Counted from the first letter of the stretch, positions 23,605-38,598 are shown. The stretch is DNA of 64,000 nucleotides from Dimorphilus gyrociliatus (GCA_904063045.1 CAJFCJ010000006.1:1246097-1310096), one strand, 5' to 3'. Notes: generated by a model from the letters alone, not told the origin. Numbers and translations: made by a program.

Positions 23605-25901
23605 ATGACTGATTCTCCCGATTTGCCCAACGATGTCACCGAACTGCAAGAGATGGTTCGAACTTTGCAAAGCGAGTTGGCACAGACCAGTCAGGAACGT
23701 GTTCAGGCTGCCGAATACGGATTAAGTATTTTGGAAGAGCGTGACAACTTACAAACGTCCTACGATGAATTGGAATCAATTTATGAAAACACAAAACATG
23801 AGTTAGAATGCGCTCAAGAGGTATGCAATAATTGATTTATAAATTATATTTTTGTATTTTAGAATAGATTACTTATAACTCTACAAACGTATAATAAAAC
23901 AAGCTGTCATAGTTCATATCTGAATAATAGTTTTATAAATCAATAACGTAAACATTCCACCTTAACGCTGTATTATTCACCCCAGCGAAACAATGGCTTT
24001 ATACACATTCTTGTCGTGTTTTTAAACCTTGGGAAGGCTATGGTATTCTTTAAGCAAAAAGTATTTTCTAAAGATGAAATAGCTTAAATGTAGCATGTGG
24101 TTTGAATTTTGACAAGTGTTGGCATTTTAAACGATCGCAATTATATATGACTTTCCAATCCTTTTAGGCGCTTACTACTGTTCAACGTTCACAAAGAGAG
24201 ACCAATACAGCTGGTCAACAGGCCGAAGAAAAATTGCTAGTTGAAAGTGCGACAAGAGAAGCTTTATTACAAGAATCTATAAATCAGTTAGAAAGCGAAA
24301 CACGGAATATTCGAGCAGACTTGGAAAGAGCTACAGCAGAGAATGAAAAACTAGGAGCCAGGTGCTACGAAGTAGAGTCACTTTTATCGGAAAGCGAATC
24401 TGAAAGATCGTTACTCCGCAAAGATATTCGCGAATTAAAGCAACGGGAAAGCAGGACATTGCAGGATGTTACTGATCTTGAAGATGAGAATGTTACCTTA
24501 CAAAAGCAAGTCTTAAGTTTGAAACAAGCTCAAGTTGAATTTGAAGCAGTTAAACATGAAAGATCTAGATTACAAGATGAAGTTAACCAATTAAGGATGG
24601 AAGGTGAAGAGTTAATACAGTTACGCGCCATTGTTGAACAAAATTTGGAGGAAGCTTTAAAAACTGTACAATACGAACGTGATCAAAAGCATATGATGAA
24701 GAAAGAGTTGGATAGAGCAAAAAATGAACAAGAGAATTATGCAACATTCTCGGCTCTTGCTTCTCAATTGTCTCTAGATTCAGGAAATGGTGCAGATTCC
24801 AATTCAGATGCGCCACAAGTTGGTCATTTATTTTCTGAAGTTCATACCTCAGAGGTTCGTCAGCTTCAACAACAATTAGAATTAGCTCAATCAGAACGTA
24901 CTAAACTACGAAGTCAATTAGACGAAATACAATCACAGTTGGAAAATAAAAACAGAGAGTTAAGCGGCCTACAAAAATCAAATGAAAAGTTGAAAGATAT
25001 TAGGCAACTAGAAGAAAAGTTACATACTCTTGAGAAGAACTTGAACGACATTACATATTCAGAAAAGAAAGCAAGAACTTGTATTTCTAAAACAAGTGAC
25101 GATATGGAAAAACTTTGTGAACTTTTGGGTCAACTCTATCATCATGTTAGTGAAGTTCTTGGTTTAACGCCTGATAGAGTCATGCTAGATCATGTACAAA
25201 AACGCAGAAAAATGGTTAAAAGCAATTCCACAGAATCAGCTTCAATGAATGGTGAAGATTCATATGCCGAAGAAGAAACTTGCTTAGAGTTAATGTCCAC
25301 TTTATTCGATCAAGTAAATCATATCGAAAGAGCAGTCCATCGTGTATTGGAAGAAGCTTCCAATTCAAAAATGACTACCAGCATGCAAGCAAATGATTCC
25401 GAAGATGTAAATGAGTTACAAGAACAAATTGTAAAATTAAAAGCTATGTTAAGTTCGAAAAGAGAACAGGTTGCAACTTTGCGGTCTGTTTTAAAAGCAA
25501 ACAAGCAAACCGCAGAGGCAGCTTTAGCAAATCTTAAGAGAAAGTACGATAATGAGAAAGCAGTAGTTGCCGAAACAATGGTGCGGCTAAGAACTGAGTT
25601 AAAGGCTTTAAAACAAGACGCAGCAACTTTTGCTTCTCTTCGAGCCATGTTTGCTCAAAGGTGTGACGAATATGTTACTCAATTAGATGAATTGGCTAGA
25701 CATGTTGCCGCAGCAGAAGAAGAAAAGAAAACACTAAATTCATTATTAAGAATGGCCATACAACAGAAATTATCTCTGACTCAAAAATTAGAAGATATGG
25801 AATTTGATAAAGAGAAAAGGAGAATAGGTCGAGTTGTTCCAACGACAGCTGCACATGGCCTACAGTCAAGTAGTAGCAATTCTCGATCGAACAGACACTA
25901 A
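23605..25901 (+). CDS. BICD: Bicaudal D dynein adaptor; two exons
   Basis: QAAEYGLSILEE, EETLLxESA-like motif, DLEDENVTLQKQV, LFSEVH, and C-terminal LKQDAATFASLRAMFAQRCDEYVTQLD and KTLNSLLRMAIQQKL. Intron at about 23821-24168. Confidence 0.96.
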
Positions 25902-26738
25902 AAAGTGGCAAAGAAGGTTGTTTTAAAAAATTTTTTTTATTTTTAGGAAAAACTGAAAAATTTTTACAATGTTATTTATCTATTGCTGATTTCTTTTACC
26001 TTCGATTGCACTTAATCTGCACTATTATCATGCTCTTTTTTCAACTATAAGTTCTATGCAAATTTGAACAAAATTTGAATATTAGATTCAAGAAATATTG
26101 ATGACATCCTTATGGGATTATTAAGCCTACCGAAAGTTTTCTCGAGAAGTCGGCATAATTATTATTGTAATGACTGTATAAAGGTGCTTAATGTCGTTGT
26201 CGTCAATGAATGAAATACAAAATTGTAGTTGAACTATATAAATGCAACAATCGATTTTACATTAAAGCGTGCTTTTCACATAATGCTTACTGCACCATAT
26301 TAAGGCAACAAAAGCTGAACAGCTTAAGTTTTACAGCATATTTGGAATATTTTATGCACTAAAACTATTTTATGGCTAAGAATCTTTTCATCAAACAGAT
26401 TCAATATATCATCATGATTGCAAATGCTGTGGGATTTCCAAACTACAAAAATTCAATCAAACGGCATGAATATTAAATTATTCGATGCAGCAAAGAGCCA
26501 ATTTTCATCGGAAAAGACGTTACTGAAAGAAATTAGGTTAGGGTAAAAGTAACAATCGTATACAGTTTCACTTTATATCGTTAATTAACAGCTGTTGTAT
26601 ATTAGAAAAACTGATAAAAAAAAGTTCTCTTCTTATTTATATATGGTTTTTTTTTATTACAATTATGTATTTAAGAACTTGAGAATGTTATTAGAATATT
26701 TTGATGTAAGTATAATGAATATTTTTGCAGATAATTGT

Positions 26739-28070
26739 TCATGAGGAGATGGTCATTGGTCGTTGGCAAAATTTATCAAACTCATCAATTTCCAGACTTA
26801 AACTGTCTTGTTCCCTATTCTCTGATGCAGTTTTCGCTGTGCGACTAAAGAGTTTGCACTGAAAAAAGATAGCGTTGAAGAAAATCAGTCGATTCGCAAA
26901 GATGGATGCTACAAAAACATTTTTTTTTTACTTACTTTATCTTCATCCGAAAGTAAACAATACAACATTGATAACGTATAAGCAATTTTCATTCGCTTCT
27001 CATCGTATTTAGCATCCGTTTGCTGCTGACGTAGGTCGAAAACGGCGTTTAAAACCTGTTTTGCCTCAGCTGTCTGAGCCTCGTCTAAATAGTCATAATG
27101 AATGTCTGCTTCCTCAAAAACTGGACCAATAGTCTGTCTTTTCATTGGTGTTGCTCTTCGTTGAGCCGTTAATTTCTGCAAATGCTTCATCCATATATCG
27201 GTAACCTTGTCATACAGAGAATCCGCGACAAGCATACGATTTTGTCTAAAAAATACGTTAGCCATATGAAAATAACCTCCGGAAGTTGCTATATCAGACG
27301 GACCGGCATCTTGAGAAGCATAAAATATCTAAATAAAACAAGAGAGAATGAAAATAAATATATTAAATTTTTTTTATAAATCTTCAAATATGGCAAAGGC
27401 TTTGGCTTTATTTGCTATAAACTTACATCATTTGCGTAGTTTCGTAACGCGTCATCGTATTGACCATTTGAAGCTGCCAGTAAGCCTAAATTTCGATATA
27501 ACCGAGATCGGAAATGATTAGGGCAACTAGGAGTTTTAAGTACTGTCCATTCAGCTTGAGCTAAATAGTCTTCGGCTTCTGATAATTTGCCTAGTCCTAT
27601 TGCCGCTTCGGCTAGGATCAAATAAGATGGTACAAGTTCTACGCTAGCTGTTCCATGTACAGCTATGGAAAATCTCAGAGCTTGTATTGCGGCTGGGATG
27701 GATTCAACGTGTTTTCCTTCAAAAAGCAGCTTTTGACCTGTTGTTCTCGATAAATCAATCATTTGTTTTTGTCGAATAATTTGTTGTTCTTGTCGGTGCT
27801 GTCTTTCTTCCTCTGATCCGGCAAATGGGACTGGGGTTCTCAGAGGTATAAGCAATTGACATATCTTTTCATGGATTCCTACCCAGTCATTCATTTGATG
27901 TTCCTTCCCGCTATACACAAATTAATTATCACAGTTTGTTTGAAAACTTGCTAATCAACTTACCAATAGTATGTTACCCGACATTTTGTGCATTTGATAA
28001 ACGCTGGCCGTTGACACAACTCGCATTTTAGTTCAACGCCTTTCGGATTCGATAATGGATTAACAGACAT
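26739..28070 (-). CDS. ZMYND12: MYND zinc-finger and TPR protein ZMYND12; multi-exon
   Basis: Exon 1 reads MSVNPLSNPKGVELKCELCQRPAFIKCTKCRVTYYC. It continues HQMNDWVGIHEKICQLLIPLR and LVPSYLILAEAAIGLG, matching my recall of the family. Confidence 0.9.
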
Positions 28071-28131
28071 CTTGATAATTTCAAAACAAAATTCTTTATC
28101 TACGATAATAGAGGATTCAGCATTTCGAAAT

Positions 28132-28144
28132 GTTGCTTGGCAAC
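28132..28144. promoter_or_regulatory. RFX X-box
   Basis: GTTGCTTGGCAAC, a near-palindromic X-box about 60 bp upstream of the ZMYND12 ATG. Confidence 0.7.
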
Positions 28145-28289
28145 CTCATAAATCCGGAAATCTTCAGTACTAGCAAAATGGCGGACGACAAGTAGTCGCT
28201 AGGTGGCGTTTTTTCTCCGTGAGTCCCAAAATCGACGAAGGTAAATGTCGTCCGATTCAAGAAAATCGCCTACGGAACAGCTAGCAAAA

Positions 28290-31187
28290 ATGGCTGGAAA
28301 TCTAGAATCGCAAGACTTAGATAAGGATTTGCTCTTGGAAGATTTCTTTGATACATCGATAAAAGTAATCTAAGAAATATTTTTTTAAAGGGGCGGGCAA
28401 AAATCATAACAATATCTAACCCCTATTGTTTACATAACAAAACAGGTACTAAAAGACATTGGAAAATTAAACGTTGGAATTAATCAACGAGACAAAGTAG
28501 AAGCGATACTTTCTACTCTATTATCGTCATATTGCAAAAGAACTTCAACAATAGCTTTCAAATTTGATTATTTGGCATCTGATGAGTTATATACAAGATT
28601 AATCTTAAACCTTTATCGGATATTCCTTCATCCACAAGCTTACAAGGACAAAGATTTTACTGATATGCTTATTGCGAAATTTGAACAATTACGTGACAAA
28701 GATTGTCCTAAAGGATATTCAATAACTTTCTCAGCAATAATGTGAGTTATTTTCTTTTCATAACGTAGCTAATGTTACTAAGTGTTAGCAGTTTTTTTCT
28801 AATTAAATGAATAGCCAAACATTAAAAAATAGTTAAACTATAGTTTTATTCTTCAAATTTACCTATTTTCTCTTTCGATTGGTAAAAAATATTACCCTTA
28901 ACGTCAAATAATTAGATCAGGTATAGATTTGAGGAAAATTTCATTCAAAATTATATTCTTTGTTAAACTGTTTTATTTAACAGAGACTCTATCAAACAGA
29001 GATGGGATAACTATGATATTTTGATGCAATCTGCCAGCAAAGAGCAATGTGTACTATTATTTCAGTTTAACGAAAGGGAGGAATTAATTCGATGTCGAAT
29101 AAGACTATTAATTGAAGCAAAGCAATATAATTTTGCATTAGCCGTATTAAATTCTTGGTTTCAATTTGAAGAAGCTTCACAAAGTTCTGAACTACGATCT
29201 TATGCCGCTATCAATGCTTACTTACAAGGACATTTACATGCTTTCAACTATTACGTAAGTAAAATTTGCGTTTATTGTCAATTATATTATTTTTTGCCAT
29301 TGATTTTTTGAACAGATTACATTTTTCAATTGCAAAGATGTCGGATTTATATTAAAGTTTCTTAAATCGAGTATAAAAGAATCTAAATATTTCGATTGGC
29401 CGTCCTCATCTCAACCGTCTACAGACTTTCTCAATTATCCTTGTATATGTGTACCAAATCCGAATTTTTTACATATTCAACCGAATAAATTAGAAAAAAT
29501 TTTATACGCAGTCAGCAATCATAAACATGTTATTCAATTGATTGATGATAAAACTATTGACGAAGGCTACGGAGTATGTATCTAAAAAATTAAATTTTTC
29601 ATATGCTCTCTTCTAAATGTATTTTATCATTTTTTTAAGGATTTATTTTTAGAATGGATTAAAGTGATTAATGACAATGAAAAAATTATTTCAACTATTT
29701 TCAAGAAAAATTCATCCTTATCAACGAAATTGTTAATTATTAAAATAACAGATGTAATTGATATGTTAGTTCATGCCGGGGAGGCAGAAGAATTCTTTGA
29801 CCTTATTTTAAGATTGGTCTATCAAGTTTTAACTGACAAAAATATAACTGGATTAGAAAGTGAAGAAATATTGACAACTCCTTGCTTAATATCCGACTTA
29901 TCTGCAAGCTTATCTTTAGCTTGTACAGGTATTTATCAATGTCTGGAAATTGTTGCTGCGGAGGCTAGTTTTTGTTATAGACCTTGTGAAGAGACTTTAA
30001 ACTTACTAATCAAGGTGTTTCGTAGCCAAGTTACCTCTGATTCATGTTCAACTCAGCTGGCTGTAAAGAGTGAATCAGGTAATGATTTCGAATCGACCAT
30101 AAATACGGCAATAAACGTATTTCGCAAATTCATCTTCGTCGACAACTATCAAGGAGATCCAAAACAATTAAGAGCAGCACTTGGAGAGTTAAAAAAACAT
30201 TCAGACAAAAATTTAGAATGGCCAGAAGATATACCCAAATTTGAGTTTGCTCCTTTACAATCTCTCTATGTCGAGAGAGCGACGGCAAAGACTCTTTACA
30301 ACATATTTTCTTCGCTTACAAAACAAAAATTACAGATAGTTTTGAATGAATCTATTCTATTGTCTCAAACACCTACACCAGAAGAGACAAGTTATCAGTT
30401 TCTGAATAAGCCTGAACTTGAAATCGAATACACAAACGGAAATGTAAACGTCAGCGAGAGAGATTATCAATTCGACGAAAGAGCAAACCCTGAAGATCCA
30501 AATAAAATAGAAAACTATCTACAATATATAGAAAACGAGTGCCCAGTGTATGAAAAAAAGGTATTCGAGGATCATAATCATGTTGAAAGAGAAGAGTTGT
30601 GTTTGAAAAAAAAATTCCTTTTTCAACAGCGTGCACGAAGGTTAAGTCGTTGTAGATTCTTGTGGAATGAAGAAAGACAAAGAAGAGTTTACGACTTATC
30701 TTATAAGCCCTGGTATTTAAAAAATGCAAGTTACATTCCACGAAAATTGAAAAAATTATATCGTGGAAAATTAGGTCGAAAGTATAAAATTGATGGTGTA
30801 GAATTCACTGTTCCTGAGGAAGAGAACCACTCAGATGGCACAGCCTTAGTACCATTATCATGGATAGATGATAAAACTGTGACTGAAACTTATAAAAATT
30901 TTATCAGTGATAATTTTAACGAATTTGCGGTGTTCATATCAAGAGAAATAGATGAAGAAAATAATGCAACAATTACTTTTTATAACGGAGCACATAAATT
31001 AATTGCTGAAGTAAAACTAGCAGCTCAAGCAAAATGTCAACAAAAATTATCATTAATAGATTCAGTAAAAATGCATTCAAGCGAAGTAAGAACAAACGGA
31101 AATCTCGTAAATGACTTACCGGATTTTGAATTTAAATATGATGCAAGTAATAGAATATTTCAAAATGGCTGTCCTCGAACCAATTAG
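28290..31187 (+). CDS. Uncharacterised multi-exon protein with a helical N-terminus
   Basis: In-frame exons from MAGNLESQDLD (28290) through about 28446-28741, 28985-29254 and 29318-29573 to the 507-aa terminal ORF. No domain recognised. Confidence 0.7.
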
Positions 31188-31393
31188 TTATTGATCTTTT
31201 TTTTATAGTACTTTTTTCTCCTACGAAACTGTATACAGATGTAAAAAATAGTATAAGTTTTAGATAAGGATTCATTTTTAAAATATCAATTTGTTTAATG
31301 TTTAGTGCATGCAAATCTATTATACAAAGACTCTGTTTTAAACAATACAAAGAAATGAATTTCATATAAATTGTTGTTTACCTTGGAGAATTT

Positions 31394-32341
31394 TCAGGGA
31401 AAGTTTTGCTCTAACAGGTCATCTAAAAGTGAGGAAACCTCCATTCTTAAAGCATGTACCAATTCAAACGGAATAGTTTCAGTTGTAAATGAGCAGCATT
31501 GAAGAATTCTGTATAATTTCTCATAAGCTTCGTTCGGTATATTTCCTTTTTGGTTAATTCTTAACATCTTTTGATGAATATAGTAATACCATTCATCCTT
31601 TTCTTTGTCTATTGCATCCATAATTTTAGATAGTCTAGGATCCTTATACATCATAGTCTCCATTGATGGATGCTTTTTCAGAGCTTCAGTAGCATGGGTC
31701 TGTGAAGATATTTGAGTGGATTTTCCTGTAGATATTTTGTTACTAAATTGTAATAAACTGAACTCTTAAGCTGATAAAAATTTGATAATAATACAACCTT
31801 GCACGGATTGAAATTCTTCATATTTACTGGAGAGAAGACGAGTGGAAGGATTAGAATCTATAAAAAGTTTAGTATATTATTTAAGCATTATATTTTATCT
31901 TGAATATTATGATAAAAAAATAAAGGGACTACTCTGTAAATTCTCTTCAGCTTTAGCTCTTTTTTCAGCCTCTTCGGCTTCTTTTAGCTTTATTAATCGT
32001 GACATAAATATATTCATATCAATGACTTTTTTCTTTTTATTATTCCTTATTGGTTCCTGGTCGTCTTTTTTCGCCTGAATGTCTTTCTTCGCGACCTCAT
32101 TCACTTTTAAACGTTCCTTCATTTGACTAATTATAAGTTTTTCAAACTCTCTTTCTTCTATTAACTTCCTTTCTCTGTAAGCTGCTTGAAAGATTGTTGA
32201 AATATTCGGCAACTTGGAATCTGGTTCATTCTTCTTTGATTTAGAATAAGTAACAAATAATTGAGCATGGCCCCTTTTTACTTTTTCTACAACTTCTGTG
32301 GATTCTTTTAGTTGTATTGAGTCAAACAGCGGCATTTTCAA
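31394..32341 (-). CDS. Uncharacterised basic/coiled-coil protein; about three exons; 3' end uncertain
   Basis: ORFs 31907-32341 and 31394-31663 are linked by GT-AG-bounded small introns. It converges on the 28290-31187 gene. Confidence 0.55.
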
Positions 32342-33138
32342 ACAAAAAAGTTTCTCAGTAGAATTTAAATGAGCAGCGAGCTAAGAATATTTCGATATAA
32401 CGAATTTAACGTGGAATTTCGCAATGCAACGGCTTAAATTATCGATAATCGAATGTTAGATCTAAACGATAAATCGATTTCCTTCAATGTAAAGTTCCAA
32501 AAAATTATAAATTAACATGGAAAAAAATTTCTATTAATAAGAAAATCATAAATAAAAAGATAAAGAAATATGAATTTTTAACTTATAAAATCGGTATTTA
32601 TATCCCGAGTAGTCTCGCATTTGATAAATGACAGAGAAAAACTATTAGTATTTACCTTTTCGACGAAAAGGTTTAATTAAATATGAAAGAAAAAAATTAA
32701 TACAAGCAATTATTGTTAGATATTAAAGTAACGAGAAATTTCTTCTTTTTTTTTATAAAATTGTATAAACTGTTCTATTACCTTAGGCTATAACAGAGCT
32801 GCTAACAAAGTTGCCCTATAGGATCCATAAGTCAAAGATTTTTTTATTATCCTTAGGCAATGGTATGCGTAATTTTAAATTAACTTTTTTCTTGATATAC
32901 AATTTGTGTCAAAATGAAATGTATAAATTTATATATACTATGTATATATATATATATCTTTAAAAAAGAATATTCTTGGAAGCAAAACTAATAAATAACA
33001 TTCTGGAGAGAGAAAACATCTCCATTATTTATTTCTTTTAATACAAAAAGATTATTTTCGTTTCAGATTTAAAAAAGAAACAATAAATTTTACATTTTGG
33101 ATATCATTTCACAAACAGTTCAATGCTTTAAAATAACT

Positions 33139-36100
33139 TTACACTTTAACATACTTCAATAACCTCTCAACAATTTGAATTGGCAACAAATCATTGGCCG
33201 CATCAAGAATATCACTAGCTTTCATGGTAAGAACATCTTGTTGAAACTCTTTGCTCATTCCAGATAAGGTCGATATGAGATCATCGTCCTCTAGAGCCAT
33301 TCCTTCTTTGACCATTTTTTTAAGTTCGTCAATTTGCCTTATAACCTATGAAAAGCGAAAACCAATTAGTGGTGGATAATATGACTAGCTGTTTTTACAT
33401 ACTTTTGGAACTTTCTTCTGAATTCCCAAAAATTCGGTAAGTCTACTTAAAAAATCGGCAAAACTGATTCCTGAGTTCTGTGCATAGTAAATAACAAGCG
33501 AATAAATAATAATACTGTTATAATATGTGAAGAGTATAAATGAATTTACATGTTGTAATATTTCTATGAAGACTCGAGGTAACCTCGAATTAATCCTTGG
33601 ACTTTGGGCAAGGCTTAAGGCAACGCTCTTGCCGATTTTTGGTACAAAATTTGTGGTATAAGATACGGGTTTGGTGAGATGACTGGCAGGCGCCGGAGCT
33701 ATATTCTTAAATCTCGATACAACTGTGCTGATAATTGCAGGTGTGGGGGACTGAGAGGCCGCAAAATCTCTGGCTAAAACTGGATCATTGCTTATTAGTT
33801 CTCTTTCTTTTTCTCGGTCGTACTCTTCCCAAGCTGCTTTTCTCTCCTCTTCCGAGAGATCTTCTTCCGGTCTATTTTGCAATAATGTATCATGTTCGTG
33901 GTATGTAACAATACAATCCTTTTTGCTTCCTGACAATAAGTCGGCTAAAATCCGATCCTGGTGGAAGTTAATAGCAATAAAAAATTAATTGAATTGACAC
34001 AACAAATATTGACTAACTTTTGGAACAGAAGGTGTTATCCGCGTTGTTCCCCCGTCTGGATTAAACTGATAGAGCTGTTTCAGATCATTCTCTGTGAAAT
34101 GCCTGTCAATTTGCCTCTCATCTATTACACGATGGGCGAGTGTTTCTTTCGTGACTTGACGTTCGTAGATCTTTTCTTCCATGGTTCCTTGGGCAACTAA
34201 ACGGTAAACGTAAACAGCTTTTGTCTGACCGAATCGGTACACGCGAAAGATAGATTGTATATCATCGGACGGATTCCACGAAGCGTCGAATATTATTACA
34301 CGATTCGCCGATTCTAGATTAATGCCCAATCCTCCAGCTTTGGTTGATATTAAGAATAGTCTGAGGCTATGTTGAAGAAGGTATCGATTTTATTTTTTTA
34401 TTAAGAGTTTGCTTGTTTGTTTGCAAAGTAATTTCTTACCGCTTGTTAGTAGGCTTCATAAACTCGTTAACTAAATTTTTCCTTATAGAAGCAGAAGTAC
34501 TACCATCCATTCGGCAATAATCTTCGTCCTTCTCCCAAACATTAAACTGAACCGCAGACTAAAGAAAATTGTTTCAAATTATCATATAATGCCAAGGCAA
34601 TTGTATTTCTAAATATTACTCGTCTTTTTGTCTTCTCCGTTTTCTTTCCCGACATAAATGCTAAAAATTCTTCTATTAAGTCTAAAGCCAACAAACTATG
34701 ACTGAAGAGTAATCTAAAAAAACAAAATTATATATTGATCATTATTTACTTTTAAGTAGCAACTAACATTTTGTCTCCAATCTGACTTATTGATTGTAAA
34801 AGTTCAAAAAGTACAGTTATCTTTACTCCCAGTTCAATTCGTTGATTAGCATCTTCTGGTACAAGAGAATCCCACCATTTCGGATCACGCGGAATCTCAG
34901 GGGCAGGTAAAGGAGGTACTGTTTATTTTTTTTGTATTGTTAAGAGAATTAGTTATCATAAATCAATAAAAAAAATCTATTTTACATTGTCCGGGGCCAC
35001 GTGCTCTCATATTGTAGAATGAACTGCCAACTGAATCTACTTTAATTTTTAGTATTTGCCCCTGATTCTTGTCAGTTTCGAAATGTTGTTCATAATGAAC
35101 TTCATTAGAATTATTCAAATTTCTAGGAAAACAAAAGAATAACTAAAAGAATATTCTGTAAAAAGTTGATTGAAATTTACTCTTTTTTTGTTGCTTCTTC
35201 AATCAAACTATCGTCCTCACTAAAACTGAAATCCTCCTCCTCATCACTTTCAACAATATTTTTCTTATCTTGCCTTATTTCATCCAATTTCAACATCCAT
35301 GGATGTGTACAAATGCACATAAAATAATTATAGTCAACAAATAATTGTACACCAACAAAACTACTACTTCCATCACTGCTTTCAACAATCTTTAAATACT
35401 CCTCATAAAGTTTCTTCTGTTAGAGAGAAAACAAGTTCAAGATAGAAAAGTATCATATTTTCAAATAATAATTTACCTGAATTGGTGACAAACGAACGGC
35501 TATAATGTATTCGTGTTTTGGAGGTAGAAACGGAACTAAAGCAGAGTAATCTCGTCGTTGCACACAGCCGCCTAATAAATCATGAAGAACATGGGCTCGT
35601 CTCTTCATTACCTGGACGTCTTTGCTTGTCGAATCTGAGTGTTGCCCGTTCGTTATTGGATTAACAAACCGATTGCAGAATTCTTTTCTCGTTCCCAATA
35701 AGTTTGGTTTTACAAATTGCAACATCGTGTGATCTGAGAAGAAATTCATGATTAATTTTTAGATATCGAAAGTATCACATAATATTTACATTCTAGAAGA
35801 TTATTTTGTAGTGGAGTACCAGTTAGCACAATTCGACGTTTCGTTTGAACTCTATTCAAACTTTTCGAGATAGAGGTTTGCTCGTTCTTTAACACATGAC
35901 CTTCATCACAAACGACAATGTCCGGTCCAGGATCGATCAGTAATTCTAAGTAAAGTGCCTTTTTCTTCCTGCTCTTTCCTGAATAATTTACCAACATTCG
36001 AAACATTTGATATCCCATTAACATTACACCACCAGTTTCTTTCCACATGTTCAACCTCTGAAAAACAGAGTGTTCTCAGTTAATATTGGTTGATTGGTAA

Positions 36101-38598
36101 ACGTATTTAGATATATAGACAAATAGATAAGCAGACACCAACCTGATTTCTCAAAATATTATCCTTAGCACTTATTATTTCATGTACTAGAACGCGATCT
36201 TTTGGCTCTAGCCATTTTTTCCATTCCGCCAACCAATTATGAACAGTATTTAACGGACATAGTAGTAAGATGCTCTTTACTTTTAGAGTATTATTCTTTA
36301 AAAGTGTATGTAGGAGGCTGATTATCTGTCAATTACGTTTAACATAGAAGTTAATTTGATCATATGCTAGAGGCTGCTTACAGATAAAGATTTCCCTAAA
36401 CCCATACAATGGGCTAGAATACACCCTGACCCTTCGCTATTTTTAAATTTTTCGGTGGATTCGATGATATTATCCCAAAGAAATTCAACGGCTGTTCGAA
36501 TTAAAATAATTCTAATCAATATTTTATTATCAAATTTGTCGAGTGGTTTTACCTTCAACTTGATGCGGTTTTAGCTCTCTTACCAATACTGGAAGAACAG
36601 ATATTTTATCCTTTTTAGAAAATACAATTTCCGAACAGTACTTTTTGTTTTTTTCTGTTTTGTAACTTATTTTATGCTACAATAAAGAATAATTATTTAC
36701 ATAGTGGTATATAGTATATAAATAATCTTACTTGCTGCCGTTCTATATCAATTCTCTTGCGTCGTTCTTTCTCAATTCTTCCGGCTTTTAAAGTTGCATC
36801 ATTCAATTTCTTTTCTTCGACAATTTTCCTAATGTTATGTCTTCCTTTTGACTTTAAAAATGTAAAGTTAACTTTAATATGAACACAAAGTTAATTATGA
36901 CAAAAAGAAATATTTACTTTTTCGGCAAATGCAGTGGCATCGGGCGCTGAATTTAATATGGCATTAGTAGGTGGTAAGAGTAGGCCTTTTCGACCATCGG
37001 GCATTGTTATAACATTGTTAGCTAAATTAGGAGGAAATTTTGGAATATGGCTAAGAAGAACAATTTGCGATTTGACAGCTTGAACATTTTTATTTGTAAT
37101 ATTAGAATCAGTTGTATTATTCATATTTCCTTCGTTACATTTCCCATTAACCTGGAAAAAATAGGGCGATATAAATAAAAAACATTTGTCGCAGCTATAC
37201 TTCACAGAAGTATCCATAAAGCAATGTATTTATGGATATTCTTAGTATACTTACTGTGGCTGCTTCTTCAATTGCTTTCGGCGCTTCCTTTTCAGATTCT
37301 ACATTCTCCCTATCACTTGATTCTAAAATTTATTTCGGATTGATAATTTGAATTGTGAAAGGATACGATAATGACAGAAATTTACCATTATCGCTATTTT
37401 CAGTCCGATCCTCCGTATTGTGAGAAAGTTTATTAGGGCTCGATTTCGTAGACTTTTCCTTCTTTCCTTTTGAGTCTTGATTATATTCTATGCAAGGCTC
37501 GGATGCTAATTCATTGACGTAGTCGGCAATCTTCCTTTTATTTTCCCGAAACCTCTGAGCTTCTTTTCTATAAGCCTAACAAAGAAAATTTTTCTTAAAA
37601 ATTATATAGTTTAAGGAAAAAAAAGAACCTGTTCATCAGTCAAAATATGATCAAGAGTCATGCGTAGATTCTTGTAGGCGTTCAGAGCTTGCATTGGAGT
37701 TACGACATCACTGTCCGGATTTCTATACGTCATTTGAGAAGTGCTACTCCTCTGAAGATTGATTAAGTAATTTTAAAATAATAAATGTTAAGTTTATAAA
37801 CATATAAAATGTCTACCATCTTAAAAAGTGTAAGTGTATGAAATTATGTGAAGAGGTATACAGTTACACAATAGTTTATAGAAAATATATCTTACTTTTA
37901 CGCCGAATTTGATTTCTAACTTATTCAATTGTTCCTCTTTCACTAATAATTGAGTTTGGAGCATAGCCATAATATGATCTTTTTTATCAACTACCTCTCT
38001 ATGATTTTTCATAGATTCGGCAAGTTCATCCCTTGATTTATGAATGGTTGTTCTTGCTTTAAAAAGTTCAAAGCGTAATTGAGTTAAATCTAATTTTGAT
38101 ATATAATATCTGAAATTCTCTTCATCTAATGACTCTAGTGGAGATTCCATTGATGTCGATTGAAACTCTTTCGATAAACCTTCGCCATTTTCTACAGTTT
38201 CATTTTTTGAATCAGGCTTTTGTTTAGCATCAACTTCATTCGAAGTTTCAGTTTTTACAGTTTTTTTTACACTTCTTTGTTTTTTAATAGGAGATCTTGT
38301 TTTTCTTTTTTTATCAGTCCTTTTTACTTCAGTGACAACAACCGATTTTTTTAATTTCAAAGAATTATCTTCCTTCTTAATATTGTTAACTTTTTGAACT
38401 GAGTTTCGAGTTTTGCGGGAAAGGAACTGTGTTTCGCTTCTTAAGATTCGTTTACTCTTCTTCGCAGGAGAAGGAGAATCTAAAAGAGGGAAAAAATTTT
38501 CTAGAATAATCTTATACGAAGGTAAGACCTGTTTAAAGCTTACCATTAGCTAAGATGTTCGCCGATCTAGAACGTTTCTGTTTGGTGCCAGATCGCAT
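33139..38598 (-). CDS. ATRX: ATRX/XNP SNF2-family chromatin remodeller; about 18 exons
   Basis: GRHNIRKIV...EKERRKRI segment, [67 protein letters not shown] and [19 protein letters not shown]...YERQVTK. Confidence 0.95.

Noticed and set aside
5832-25911. Many small antisense or overlapping ORFs (for example 5832, 6168, 8380, 17556, 20070, 22449, 25319)
   Set aside because: They are Ser/Leu/Phe-rich shadows of E/K-rich coding sequence on the opposite strand.
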